Below are positions 32,623 to 42,268 of a DNA stretch of 64,000 nucleotides, in pieces; position 1 is the first letter of the stretch; each line of letters begins with the position of its first letter. The stretch comes from an uncultured Bacilli bacterium. Lineage in GTDB: Bacteria > Bacillota_I > Bacilli_A > RF39 > UBA660. The translations under genes and the position numbers were made by a program. Where the stretch lies: contig CANRAF010000001.1 in the NCBI GenBank assembly GCA_947628535.1, positions 93,120-157,119 on the forward strand, in the 5' to 3' direction. Below the pieces are notes generated by a model, which saw only the letters and a program-made list of their open reading frames with translations, ran no database searches and was not told where the DNA came from.

Positions 32623-34134
32623 ATGAGCAAAAGTTTTTATATTAGTACTCCAATTTATTATCCAAGTGCTGATTTTCATATAGGGCACTGCTATACAACT
32701 ATTATAGCGGATGCTATTGCAAGATATAAAAGATTGTCCGGATATGATGTTTATTTTCAGACTGGAACTGATGAACATGGTCAAAAAATTGAAAATAAGG
32801 CTAAAGACGCTGGTGTTACTCCTAAAGAATATGTTGATAAAATTATAGAAAATGCAAAAGATTTATGGAAAAGTTTAGATATTAGCTATGATTATTTTAT
32901 TCGTACTACAGATGAGGATCATGTTAAAAGAGTGCAAAAGATATTTGAAAAATTATATAAATCTGGAGATATTTATAAAGGTGAATATTCAGGACTTTAT
33001 TGTACACCATGTGAATCATTTTGGACTGAGGCTCAACTTGTAGATGGAAAATGTCCTGATTGCTCAAGAGATGTTCATTTAATAAAAGAAGAAGCATATT
33101 TTTTTAAACTTTCAAAATATGCTGATAAACTTTTGAAATTTTATGATGAAAACCCTGATTTTTTACTTCCACTTTCTAGAAAAAATGAAATGATAAATAA
33201 CTTTATAAAACCAGGGCTTCAAGATTTATGTGTTTCCAGAACTAGTTTTGATTGGGGAATTCCTGTTACTTTTGATAAAAAACATGTTATTTATGTGTGG
33301 ATAGACGCACTTACTAACTATATTACTTCACTTGGATATCCAGATGAAGTAGGAGATAAATTTAATAAATACTGGCCTTGTGATCTTCATTTGGTTGGCA
33401 AAGAAATTGTAAGGTTTCATGCAATTATATGGCCTTGTATTTTAATGGCACTTAATCTTCCTTTACCAAAACAAGTTTTTGGGCATGGCTGGCTTATTAT
33501 AGATGGTGGAAAGATATCTAAATCTCTTGGTAATTATAAAGATCCAAGAGAATATATAAAACAATATGGGGTAGATGCTGTTAGATATTTTGCTTTAAGA
33601 GAAGTACCTTTTGGAAGTGATGGTAATTTTTCTGAAGAAGCTCTTATTACAAGAACTAATGGTGATCTTGCTAACGTTTTAGGTAATTTAGTTAATCGTT
33701 CTATTTCAATGGCTAATAAATACTTTGATGGAAAAGTTAGTAATAAAAAAGATTATCCAGAAGATAAAGAGTTTATTTCATGTTTAGAAAGTCTTAAAGA
33801 TGAAGTTGATAAGAAAATGAAGACTTATGAAGTTGGGGGAGCCCTTGCAAGTATATTTGATGTCCTTCGTAGAAGTAATAAGTATGTAGATGAAACAACT
33901 CCTTGGATATTATATAAAGAGGGTAATTTAGAAAGACTTGAAAAAGTAATTTATAATTTACTTGAAGCTGTTAGAATTTGTTCAATTCTTCTTCAACCTT
34001 TTATGCCAAGTACAACCGAAAAAATATTTAAACAACTTGGAGTTAGTGATACTTCATTTGCAGATATTTGCAAGAAAATAGATTTTTCAGTTAATAAACC
34101 AGAAGTGTTATTTGCGAGAATTGTCGAAAAATAG
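32623..34134 (+). CDS. metG: Methionyl-tRNA synthetase (short form, no C-terminal tRNA-binding domain)
   Basis: HIGH motif (SADFHIGH), Zn knuckle (CTPCESF...CPDCS) and KMSKS (KISKSLGN). An extended -10 (TGTGGTATAAT) lies at about 32468. Confidence 0.9.
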   Translation: MSKSFYISTPIYYPSADFHIGHCYTTIIADAIARYKRLSGYDVYFQTGTDEHGQKIENKAKDAGVTPKEYVDKIIENAKDLWKSLDISYDYFIRTTDEDHVKRVQKIFEKLYKSGDIYKGEYSGLYCTPCESFWTEAQLVDGKCPDCSRDVHLIKEEAYFFKLSKYADKLLKFYDENPDFLLPLSRKNEMINNFIKPGLQDLCVSRTSFDWGIPVTFDKKHVIYVWIDALTNYITSLGYPDEVGDKFNKYWPCDLHLVGKEIVRFHAIIWPCILMALNLPLPKQVFGHGWLIIDGGKISKSLGNYKDPREYIKQYGVDAVRYFALREVPFGSDGNFSEEALITRTNGDLANVLGNLVNRSISMANKYFDGKVSNKKDYPEDKEFISCLESLKDEVDKKMKTYEVGGALASIFDVLRRSNKYVDETTPWILYKEGNLERLEKVIYNLLEAVRICSILLQPFMPSTTEKIFKQLGVSDTSFADICKKIDFSVNKPEVLFARIVEK

Positions 34135-34385
34135 TAAAAAAGAGTGTAAACGCCTTATTTTATACTTCTTTTTTATTGTTTTTTTATTTATTCCTTCTTA
34201 TAATTAAAAGGCAGTTAAAAATAATAAGAAGGGAGCAAAATTTTAAAATGTCAGCAAACGATCACGCAATTGTTAATGCACTTATAGGAGTATTGTTTTT
34301 AACTATGATGGTTATTGAACCAACCATTCTTAATTTTTCATATTTTTTAGTATTGTTTTATTTTATGTGGAAAATTAAATAGTAA

Positions 34386-34418
34386 CAGATACATACCAAA
34401 TGTATCTTTTTTTTGTAT
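34386..34418 (+). terminator. Rho-independent terminator
   Basis: AGATACAT-ACCAA-ATGTATCT hairpin followed by T8. Confidence 0.7.
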
Positions 34419-34449
34419 TTTTTATTATAATTGGTATTGAGGTGAGATT

Positions 34450-35196
34450 ATGCTAATTGATACACATTTACATCTTTCAGAATATAAAGATATTTCAAAA
34501 GTTATTGATAGGGCTATTAAAAATGATGTTAAATATCTTATTGTAAGTGGTAGTGATTTTTCTGATAATAAATGGAATATGAGCCTTTTAGAGAAATATG
34601 ATAATATATTTTTAACGTGCGGGTATCATCCAGAATGTATAGATTATAAAGAAGATGATTTAAAATATTTAGAAGAGTGTATTAAGAATGATAGAGTAGT
34701 TGCTATTGGAGAGATTGGCCTTGATTATCATTATGGAAAAGATAATATGGAAAAGCAAAAGGAACTTTTTAAAAAACAACTTGATATTGCAGAAAAGTAT
34801 AATTTACCAGTAGTCATTCATACAAGGGATGCGTTTTTAGATACATATAATATTTTAAAAGAATATAATTTAAAAGGAGTTATTCACTGTTTTTCTGGTA
34901 GTTTAGAGGTAGCTCAAAAATACATTTCACTTGGTTATTATTTAGGTATTGGAGGAGTTATAACTTTCAAAAATAGTAATTTGAAAGATGTAGTTAAAAA
35001 AATAGGGGCTGACAAAATTTTGTTTGAAACAGATTCTCCTTATTTGTCTCCTTATAGGGGAATGGAAAATGAACCATGTAATGTAAAAGTTATATGTGAA
35101 TTTACTTCTGATATATTAGGAATTTCACCTTCAAAACTTTCAAAAATTACCAGTGATAATGCTATCAGATTATTTGACTTAGAGAGTAAAATATGA
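34450..35196 (+). CDS. tatD: TatD-family metal-dependent DNase (YabD)
   Basis: MLIDTHLHL...GEIGLDYHY...IHTRDA...ETDSPY motifs. Confidence 0.9.
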   Translation: MLIDTHLHLSEYKDISKVIDRAIKNDVKYLIVSGSDFSDNKWNMSLLEKYDNIFLTCGYHPECIDYKEDDLKYLEECIKNDRVVAIGEIGLDYHYGKDNMEKQKELFKKQLDIAEKYNLPVVIHTRDAFLDTYNILKEYNLKGVIHCFSGSLEVAQKYISLGYYLGIGGVITFKNSNLKDVVKKIGADKILFETDSPYLSPYRGMENEPCNVKVICEFTSDILGISPSKLSKITSDNAIRLFDLESKI

Positions 35197-35216
35197 TATT
35201 ATTTTAAACATGAGAG

Positions 35217-35843
35217 GTGACTATTTTGGCTAAAAAAAATAAAATAAAACGGAATACTGGTAAAAAGGTTTTATCTTGTATTTTGTATGTATTTGGTCTA
35301 ATTTTTATAGGTGCTGGAATAGTAGGGGTTATAAGTCTTGAAAATGATACATTCAAAGGTAGTCAAACACTTAATGATAATTTAGATAAATCAGTTTCTA
35401 CTAAGGAACTTGTTAATTCATTTCAAAAATTAGATAAAAAAAGCTTACAACCAGTTATGTATAGTAGTTTTGAAGATGCTGTTTATAATTCACAGTATTA
35501 TCCTACTAGTTTTGTAGGTAAATTAGTTCATTATGGGCCTGATTGCCCTTTATGTGGTGGCCATTTAGGATGTAATGGACAAGATGCAAGAAATGGTAAT
35601 ATTTATTATGATGATAGTGAATATGGAACTCTTAGAATAGTGGCAATGAGTTCAACTATTCCATGTGGAAGTATTATTAGAATCAATGTTGATGCTTATG
35701 ATCCAGATGGTATGTATGCGATTGTGCTTGATAGAGGAGTAAGCGGAAATATGGTAGATCTTTTAAAAACAAGTGCAAGAGCAAGTTCACCAGTGCAAAC
35801 TGTAAATGGAGTTACATTTGATATTGTAAGATATGGATATTAA
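35217..35843 (+). CDS. 3D-domain protein (YabE/MltA-like), membrane-anchored
   Basis: N-terminal TM helix. C-terminal 3D domain (IVAMSSTIPCGSIIRINVDAYDPDGMYAIVLDRGVSGNMVDL) plus a CPLCGGHLGC motif. The start may be the TTG at 35226. Confidence 0.7.
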   Translation: MTILAKKNKIKRNTGKKVLSCILYVFGLIFIGAGIVGVISLENDTFKGSQTLNDNLDKSVSTKELVNSFQKLDKKSLQPVMYSSFEDAVYNSQYYPTSFVGKLVHYGPDCPLCGGHLGCNGQDARNGNIYYDDSEYGTLRIVAMSSTIPCGSIIRINVDAYDPDGMYAIVLDRGVSGNMVDLLKTSARASSPVQTVNGVTFDIVRYGY

Positions 35844-35844
35844 A

Positions 35845-35868
35845 GACAAATATTTTGTCTTTTTTTCT
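35845..35868 (+). terminator. Rho-independent terminator
   Basis: AGACAAA-TATT-TTGTCT hairpin followed by T7. Confidence 0.65.
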
Positions 35869-35900
35869 GGGAAAATAATAGTAAAAAATTAGATAAAATA

Positions 35901-35929
35901 TTGATTTTTGCGTTTGAATATTGTACTAT
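35901..35929 (+). promoter_or_regulatory. Sigma-A-like promoter of TasA-like module 1
   Basis: TTGATT, 17 nt, TACTAT. The same promoter is duplicated at 37557-37585. Confidence 0.5.
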
Positions 35930-35956
35930 TTATATATATAGTAAAGGAGGCTAACA

Positions 35957-36640
35957 ATGGAAATTAAAGAGGATAATCAAAGAAAATTAATACTATCAGT
36001 TTTAGGAGTTGCAATATTAGTAGTTGCAGTAATTGGAATATCATTTGCAATATATCAAGCTACATTTAGTCAAAATGATGCTAATAGTATTCAAACAGGA
36101 ACTATTACTGTTAGTTATACAGAACCTAGTAATGCTATTAGTATTTCTGATGCAATGCCAATGGCTGAAAAAACAGCTCTAAAACAAGATAATAATAAAT
36201 TTGAATTTACTGTTACTACTGGTGCAAGCGGAAGCCTTACAGTACCATATGATATTAGTATTACGAAAATTGAAGAAAGTGATAATAATTTGAATGATGA
36301 AAATGTTAGAGTTTATTTAACAAAAGAGGATGAAACCCCAGTTGACTTAAGTACAAAAGAAGAGTCAAATGCTTTATACAAATCGTCAAATTCAAAATCA
36401 AGGCTTATTTCTGAATTAAATGAATATAGTGGGCGTAAGGAAGAAAAAGCAAAACTTTTATATAGCGCACAAGATGTGTTTAATGGTGATAATTCTGAAA
36501 CAACAAAATCTACAAAGTATGTTCTTAGAATGTGGGTAGATAAGAATTATCCAATGGATAATGGTACTGTTTCAAAAACATATAAAGCTAAAGTAAATGT
36601 TGATTCAGTAGTAACTCCACTTGGAACAAAAACAGAATAA
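35957..36640 (+). CDS. TasA/camelysin-family secreted protein, subtype A, copy 1 (SipW-cognate signal)
   Basis: Signal: K-rich n-region, h-region, then GISFA|IYQ. The mature N-terminus (DANSIQTGTITVSYTEPSNAISISDAMP) aligns with TasA (DATFASGTLDLSAKENSASVNLSNLKP). The C-terminal motif is YVLRMWVDKNY...KTYKAKVNVD. Confidence 0.75.
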   Translation: MEIKEDNQRKLILSVLGVAILVVAVIGISFAIYQATFSQNDANSIQTGTITVSYTEPSNAISISDAMPMAEKTALKQDNNKFEFTVTTGASGSLTVPYDISITKIEESDNNLNDENVRVYLTKEDETPVDLSTKEESNALYKSSNSKSRLISELNEYSGRKEEKAKLLYSAQDVFNGDNSETTKSTKYVLRMWVDKNYPMDNGTVSKTYKAKVNVDSVVTPLGTKTE

Positions 36641-36670
36641 TAGATAATAATGTTATGGAAGGAGAAAACT

Positions 36671-37435
36671 ATGGAAAATAATATAAATGACGATAACAAT
36701 AAAAAAACATTAATATTATCAATTTTGGGAATACTTGTTTTGATAATTGCTGTAGTTGGTGTTTCATTTGCAATGTACAAATTTACAGGAACAGGGACTC
36801 AAGAAAATGTAATTACAACAGGTACTGTCAATATGAGTTTTGATAATGAAGAAGGTAATAATATTTCTCTTACTAACGAATATCCCATGACTGATGAATA
36901 TGCAATACAAAGTAAGGATACTCATAAATCAGAATTTACTATAACTGCTAATTTGTCTGTAGAATCATCAGTTGCTATAGCTTATAGTATAGGAATTGAT
37001 GATCAAAATATAGAAGAAGGGGAAACTTTAAAGAAAGAATATATCAAAATAGCTTTACTTGATGACGATAATAATATATTAGTTGGGACTCCAAATGGAC
37101 TAGATAGTCAAGAATTAACAGGAGGAACTTTAATATCTGAACTTGAATCTCAACAAGATAATTTAATAAATAAATATATGCTTGCTCATAAACTTATTAC
37201 AGGAAGTAATACTTCGGATAAATATACTCTTTATGCATGGGTTGCAGACACTTATAATTTACCTACTGGTAATGACAATAAAGATTCAACTCTTGATGAA
37301 AATGTTATTAAGACTGAAGAAGATGATAAAACAAAGCAAGAAAAGACAACAAAATCTGAAACTTTTAAATTTAAATTAATAGTAAAAGCAAAGCAATTAC
37401 TTGATGAAGAAGAATATGAAGAATATCAACAATAA
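36671..37435 (+). CDS. TasA/camelysin-family secreted protein, subtype B, copy 1
   Basis: Signal ...GVSFA|MYKFTGTG. C-terminal motif YTLYAWVADTYN...ETFKFKLIVKAKQ resembles TasA FSFEATQ. The RBS-supported start is at 36671; the ORF track starts at 36650. Confidence 0.75.
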   Translation: MENNINDDNNKKTLILSILGILVLIIAVVGVSFAMYKFTGTGTQENVITTGTVNMSFDNEEGNNISLTNEYPMTDEYAIQSKDTHKSEFTITANLSVESSVAIAYSIGIDDQNIEEGETLKKEYIKIALLDDDNNILVGTPNGLDSQELTGGTLISELESQQDNLINKYMLAHKLITGSNTSDKYTLYAWVADTYNLPTGNDNKDSTLDENVIKTEEDDKTKQEKTTKSETFKFKLIVKAKQLLDEEEYEEYQQ

Positions 37436-37556
37436 GGAACATTTTTATATTTTAATAAAAAGTAGATAAAGTGAATATTATTTTTTACTTTATACTTCTT
37501 TTTTTATTAATAATTTTAGTATTATTGAAATTGTAAGGTTAAAAAAATATAAAATA

Positions 37557-37585
37557 TTGATTTTTATTCATTTATATTGTACTAT
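37557..37585 (+). promoter_or_regulatory. Sigma-A-like promoter of TasA-like module 2 (duplicate)
   Basis: TTGATT, 17 nt, TACTAT. The flanking sequence is near-identical to the module-1 promoter. Confidence 0.5.
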
Positions 37586-37607
37586 TGGTATAGTAAGGAG
37601 AATAGTG

Positions 37608-38267
37608 ATGGAAATAAAAGAAAATGGTCAAAAAAAATTATTGTTATCAATTTTGGGAGTGGCTATATTAGTTATTGCGGTAATTGGGATATCATTTGCA
37701 ATATATCAAACTACGTTTGATCAAGCAACTGCTAATAGCATTAAAACAGGGACTATTACTGTTAGTTATACAGAACCAAGTAATGCAATTGATATTGAAG
37801 ATGCAATGCCTATGAGTGAAAAAACAGCTTTAGAGACATTAAAGACAAGTAATAAAACATTTGATTTTACAGTTACTACTAAAGCAAGTGGGGAATTGAC
37901 TGTACCATATGAAATTAGCATTACAAAAGTGAGTGGTAGTTCAACTTTAGATGAGCAATATGTAAGAGTTTATTTAGAAAAAAATAATGGACCTGTTACT
38001 CTAATTGGTGAAAACGCAGTTCAAAAGGAAGGATTATATTCGAATCTCATTTCTAATTTAAAGGATTCAACGAAACGTCAAGATGGAACTAAACTTTTAT
38101 ATAGCACTAGTGATACTTTTGATAGTGAAAATAGTACAGCAATAAATACTACATATAAACTTATAATGTGGTTGGATGAAAACTATCAAATGGACAATGA
38201 GACTCAAACAAAAACATATAAAGCCAAGGTAAATGTTGATTCGGCTGTAACTCCAATCGCACAATAA
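37608..38267 (+). CDS. TasA/camelysin-family secreted protein, subtype A, copy 2
   Basis: Paralog of 35957-36640, with the same signal and GISFA|IYQ site. Start at 37608 after RBS GGAG. The ORF-track start at 37557 falls inside the promoter. Confidence 0.75.
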   Translation: MEIKENGQKKLLLSILGVAILVIAVIGISFAIYQTTFDQATANSIKTGTITVSYTEPSNAIDIEDAMPMSEKTALETLKTSNKTFDFTVTTKASGELTVPYEISITKVSGSSTLDEQYVRVYLEKNNGPVTLIGENAVQKEGLYSNLISNLKDSTKRQDGTKLLYSTSDTFDSENSTAINTTYKLIMWLDENYQMDNETQTKTYKAKVNVDSAVTPIAQ

Positions 38268-38305
38268 TAAAAAAATTTTTAAATATATGATGAAAGGAGA
38301 TAAGT

Positions 38306-39046
38306 ATGGAGAATAGTAATAATAAGAAAGTATTAATGTTGTCAATTTTAGGAATAATTGTGTTAATAATTGCAATTGTTGGTGTTTCATTTGCAATGTA
38401 TACTTTTTCGGGAACTGGAACTAAGACAAATGTAATTACAACTGGAACAGTGAATATGAGCTTTGAAAATGGTAAAAATGTTATTAATGTTGATAATCAA
38501 TATCCTATGGAAGATTCAGTGGCAATAACAAAAGAAGAAAATCAAACAAAATTTAGTGTTACTGCAAATTGGGGTTCTGCTCCATTAGCTATAAAATATG
38601 ATATTGGGATTTTGACCCCTTTTACTGAAGGAGATACTTTAAAGGAAAAACATATCAAGATAGCTTTGGTGGATGGTTCAGGGAACATATTGGTCGGGAC
38701 TCAAGAACCAGCTAAAGAAATAGAAGCAGAAAAGCATAATTTGACAGGTGGAACTTTGATGTCAGAACTTAAAAGCCAAAGTGGAGATTTAATAAAAGAA
38801 TATTGGCTTGCTAACGGACTTATTACAAATAGTGGACAAAAGGATGAATATACCCTTTATGCGTGGGTAGATAAGGATTATAATTTGCCTTATGGAGAAA
38901 GCAATGATGATTCTAGTGCTAATGTAGAAGCTCCTAGTACTACTGATGGAAATGATCAAAGTGTTAAACACGAAAAGACTACAAAAAGTGAAACTTTTAG
39001 TTTTAAAATTAAAGTGCAAGCTGAACAATTAATTGACGAAGACTAA
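38306..39046 (+). CDS. TasA/camelysin-family secreted protein, subtype B, copy 2
   Basis: Paralog of 36671-37435 with GVSFA|MYTFSGTG and a C-terminal ETFSFKIKVQAEQ. Confidence 0.75.
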   Translation: MENSNNKKVLMLSILGIIVLIIAIVGVSFAMYTFSGTGTKTNVITTGTVNMSFENGKNVINVDNQYPMEDSVAITKEENQTKFSVTANWGSAPLAIKYDIGILTPFTEGDTLKEKHIKIALVDGSGNILVGTQEPAKEIEAEKHNLTGGTLMSELKSQSGDLIKEYWLANGLITNSGQKDEYTLYAWVDKDYNLPYGESNDDSSANVEAPSTTDGNDQSVKHEKTTKSETFSFKIKVQAEQLIDED

Positions 39047-39199
39047 TAATAGTTTATATTTATAAAAAGTAGATAGAAAAAACATTATGAAAAATTTCGA
39101 TCTACTTTTTTTTAAATAATAATTAATGTCTAATTTTTCCTTTTAAAATATATTATTTTGTGGTAATATATTATTATAAGTTTATAGTAGGTGTTGCTT

Positions 39200-40297
39200 A
39201 TGAATGATGATAAAGAAGAATTAAATATTCAAGAAGAGAAAATAGCAGATGAAGTAGCGGATGAAATACTAACTGTTGAGAATGATGAATATGAACAAAG
39301 ATCTTTTTGGTTTATTGTTTTATTTCTTTTTTGTTTGATATTTTTAGTTTCATCTCTTTCATTTGCAGTGTTTGATACTTATTATAATGGTGAAAGTAAC
39401 AATGTGATTACTGTTGACGTTGATGAAAATGTAACTCAATGTGACAAGAACTGTGATACAGATAATGATGGTATATGTAATTATAACTGTGATATGAATA
39501 ATGATGGTATATGCGATAAAAATTGTGACAATGATAGTGATGGAAAGTGTGACGAAAATTGTGATGATTCTTATAAAAAACCTAGCAATAATTATTATAG
39601 TGTTTGTAAAACTAATTGTGATGTAAATAATAATGGTATATGTAATTATAATTGTGATACAAATAACGATGGTAACTGTGATAAAAACTGCGATACCAAC
39701 AATGATGGAGTATGTGATAAACATTGTGATAGCTCATTTCAAAAGCCAGAATATCCTAATAATCAAGATGGGAATGGTGATGAAGGAAATGATGTGGAAT
39801 CTGGTACTAAGCCACAACCAAGTGAATCAGAAAAACCTGCTTCAGGATCAATATTATTTTCGTTTAATGAAGAATCAAATTATATAAATATGACTGGTGT
39901 ATATCCTACTTCTGATACTATTGGTAAGAAGCTTGTTGGGGATAGACAATATTTTGATTTTAGTATTTCTGCTTCAATGAATAAAAATAAAGGAAATTTA
40001 GTATATGAAATTTCACTTGTACCAATTAGTGAAAATACAATTCCTGAAAATATGGTTAGGGTTTATTTGACTGAAAATGGAAAGGATGTTTCGATACTTG
40101 ATAAAACTATAAATAATTATAGTGAATTACCTAATAGTAAATATAGAAATGGTGGTAAGGTAATTTATAGCAAAAAAATAAGTAAAAATTATAATGGAGA
40201 ATATGTATTTAGAATGTGGCTTTCTTCAAAAGCGCCTGTTTATAATTCTTCAAAGAAATTTGGTGTAAAAATAGCTGTTAATGCATACTACAAATAG
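39200..40297 (+). CDS. Chimeric secreted protein: acidic N-tail, SipW-type signal, two blocks of Cys-containing TSP3-like Ca-binding repeats, and a TasA-like C-terminal half
   Basis: Signal ...SSLSFA|VFDTYY. About seven 12-aa repeats (NYNCDTNNDGNC / DKNCDTNNDGVC; D-x-[DN]-x-D-G loops with two Cys each) at nt 39437-39730. The C-terminus (MVRVYLTENGKDVS...YVFRMWLSSKAP...KKFGVKIAVNA) is paralogous to the TasA-like proteins. Confidence 0.7.
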   Translation: MNDDKEELNIQEEKIADEVADEILTVENDEYEQRSFWFIVLFLFCLIFLVSSLSFAVFDTYYNGESNNVITVDVDENVTQCDKNCDTDNDGICNYNCDMNNDGICDKNCDNDSDGKCDENCDDSYKKPSNNYYSVCKTNCDVNNNGICNYNCDTNNDGNCDKNCDTNNDGVCDKHCDSSFQKPEYPNNQDGNGDEGNDVESGTKPQPSESEKPASGSILFSFNEESNYINMTGVYPTSDTIGKKLVGDRQYFDFSISASMNKNKGNLVYEISLVPISENTIPENMVRVYLTENGKDVSILDKTINNYSELPNSKYRNGGKVIYSKKISKNYNGEYVFRMWLSSKAPVYNSSKKFGVKIAVNAYYK

Positions 40298-40300
40298 TTA

Positions 40301-40954
40301 TTGAAAGGATTGGTTGGTGTGAAAAACATAATTAATAGAATTTTTAAGATTATTTCATCTGCTATTTTTGTTTTGTTAGTGCTTCTAATTATATTAATTA
40401 TTTTTTATATTGTTCGAGTAAATTTTATGGCTAGTAATGACAAATTAGGCGATGTTAGAATCAACTTTTATACTATTTTAACTCAAAGTATGTATCCCAC
40501 TATTAAAGCGGGAGATATAGTTATTACTTATAAATCATTAGATGGAAAATATAATAATGGGGATGTTATCACTTTTGTTTCAGATAATAATGGAGGTATA
40601 ACTGTAACCCATAGAATTGTTGAAGTTTTTAATGTTAATAACAATTATTCTTATAAGACTAAGGGAGATAATAATAATGCTCCTGATAATGATGTTATTT
40701 CTGAAGATCATGTACTGGGGAAAGTTGTTATGAAAATTCCTAAGGTTGGGTATATACAACAATTTTTAGTTAGTAAAACTGGATGGATTGCTGCTGTTAT
40801 ATTACCATGTTTAGGAATAGTTATTTATGATATACTTAAATTGTTTAGACTTGCTGCGAGAAAAGGTAAGAATCTTATTGTTCAAGATAAAAGAACAGAA
40901 GATGCTAGAAAAAGATTAAAAGAGGTGTATGAAGATGAAAGTGAGGAAGAGTGA
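40301..40954 (+). CDS. sipW: Signal peptidase I, SipW type (S26B, archaeal/ER-type)
   Basis: Catalytic Ser box (TILTQSMYPTIKAGDIV) and His box (VTHRIVEV) with a single N-terminal TM helix. The likely start is the GTG at 40319, after RBS AAAGGA. Confidence 0.8.
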   Translation: MKGLVGVKNIINRIFKIISSAIFVLLVLLIILIIFYIVRVNFMASNDKLGDVRINFYTILTQSMYPTIKAGDIVITYKSLDGKYNNGDVITFVSDNNGGITVTHRIVEVFNVNNNYSYKTKGDNNNAPDNDVISEDHVLGKVVMKIPKVGYIQQFLVSKTGWIAAVILPCLGIVIYDILKLFRLAARKGKNLIVQDKRTEDARKRLKEVYEDESEEE

Positions 40955-41570
40955 TTTTGATGTTAGTACAGATGATTTAATGTTTAAGGAAGAAGTTCCA
41001 GAGGGAGATCTTTATAGCAAAGTTAATGTAGATGATAGAATTTTTGAAGATAAGGCCGTTAGGAAGAAGAGAACAACATATTTAATTGTTTTAGCTATTA
41101 TTTTAATTATTTGTTCTATTCTTTGTGCTATTTTTGGGTTTATTTATTTAGATAAACAACTTAAAGATAGAATAAATAATCCAGTGGTAGAAAAATATGA
41201 TTTGTTTGTTGGTCATTCTAATAGTACTTATGGTGGAGAAATTTCTTCATTTGCTAAATATAATAGTGAAAACAGTGCTTTTTCATATAATTTTTATGTA
41301 AGCAATAACAATCCAGTTGATCTTGATTACTCTATTTTACTTGCTAATTTGGATTATGATAATAGTAAAATTGATATGACACTTATACAGTATAGTTTAC
41401 TAAAAGATAATGAAGTAGTAAAAACAGGTTATTTAGAAGATGAAAAAGATAATTTGTTATATGAAGATACTATTAAATCTAATTTTACTGATAATTATAC
41501 TGTTAAACTATGGAGTGATAAACTTTCTAAAAACAACAAATTTAACTTTAAAATCAATATAGGGGTATAA
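40929..41570 (+). CDS. Membrane/secreted protein with a 48-aa cytoplasmic N-tail, SipW-like cleavage motif and a TasA-like C-terminal motif
   Basis: Overlaps the sipW 3' end (translational coupling). TM/signal ...SILCA|IFGF. C-terminal YTVKLWSDKLSKNNKFNFKINIGV resembles the Y.L..W.D...K motif of the paralogs. Confidence 0.6.
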   Translation: MKMKVRKSDFDVSTDDLMFKEEVPEGDLYSKVNVDDRIFEDKAVRKKRTTYLIVLAIILIICSILCAIFGFIYLDKQLKDRINNPVVEKYDLFVGHSNSTYGGEISSFAKYNSENSAFSYNFYVSNNNPVDLDYSILLANLDYDNSKIDMTLIQYSLLKDNEVVKTGYLEDEKDNLLYEDTIKSNFTDNYTVKLWSDKLSKNNKFNFKINIGV

Positions 41571-41581
41571 GGAGGAAAAAT

Positions 41582-42268
41582 ATGAAGGCATTTTTTATAG
41601 ATTTTTTAACATTATTAGCTAATTGTATTTTAATAGTTTGTCTTTCTCTTATGTCGTTTTTCCTTATCGCAAATTTATATCATGCTAGAGAGATTTCTTA
41701 TGGATATAGTGCTGATTTAAAAAATGATTCTAAGTATAAAGACTATAAAAAAACAATAAATGATTCATTTAATAAGATGAAAAATATTAATTATGATAAT
41801 CGTAAGAATGAATTAACTGCTAAACCTATATATCAATATTACTCTGATTGTGTGGAATCACTTAATAATGGTACATTTGCCAATTTTGAAAATGATGATA
41901 ATATTACAGCATTAGATATTTACAATGCTAATAATGAGATTTTAAATGATTATAATAACAAATGTATTTTTTATCTTCCTTATAGTATAGAAACTATTTA
42001 TAAAGATAAAAAGCAAAATGTTTCGTTTAATAATGTTTTATCTTTAGTTGAGGAAAGAGGTAATATTATTTCATCAAATGCTAAGTATTTGACAGACTCA
42101 GAACTTGGCAATAGTTCTTATACATTTACTACCGATACTTCGAGAGTTAGTATTTACAATAAAATTAAAGGTGAACTTGATCTTACTATGAATAATTATG
42201 AATTGATATCATTGATTCTTAGTGATATATCGGATTGGTATGTTTTAGAGTTTGGAGGAAATAATTAA
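41582..42268 (+). CDS. Hypothetical secreted/membrane-anchored protein (228 aa)
   Basis: N-terminal hydrophobic segment (LANCILIVCLSLMSFFLIANLYHA). RBS GGAGGAAAAATATG. No recognisable domain. Confidence 0.5.
   Translation: MKAFFIDFLTLLANCILIVCLSLMSFFLIANLYHAREISYGYSADLKNDSKYKDYKKTINDSFNKMKNINYDNRKNELTAKPIYQYYSDCVESLNNGTFANFENDDNITALDIYNANNEILNDYNNKCIFYLPYSIETIYKDKKQNVSFNNVLSLVEERGNIISSNAKYLTDSELGNSSYTFTTDTSRVSIYNKIKGELDLTMNNYELISLILSDISDWYVLEFGGNN

Noticed and set aside
35957-39046. Type IV pilin / competence pseudopilin genes (short N-terminal hydrophobic segment, tandem paralogs)
   Set aside because: There is no G|FTLxE prepilin motif and no prepilin peptidase or assembly ATPase. Instead there is an adjacent SipW-type signal peptidase, and the mature N-termini align with TasA.
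39359-39724. 121-aa minus-strand ORF (ITII... repeats)
   Set aside because: Antisense shadow of the 36-bp tandem repeat region of the plus-strand Cys-rich gene. Low-complexity I/T repeats, no RBS.
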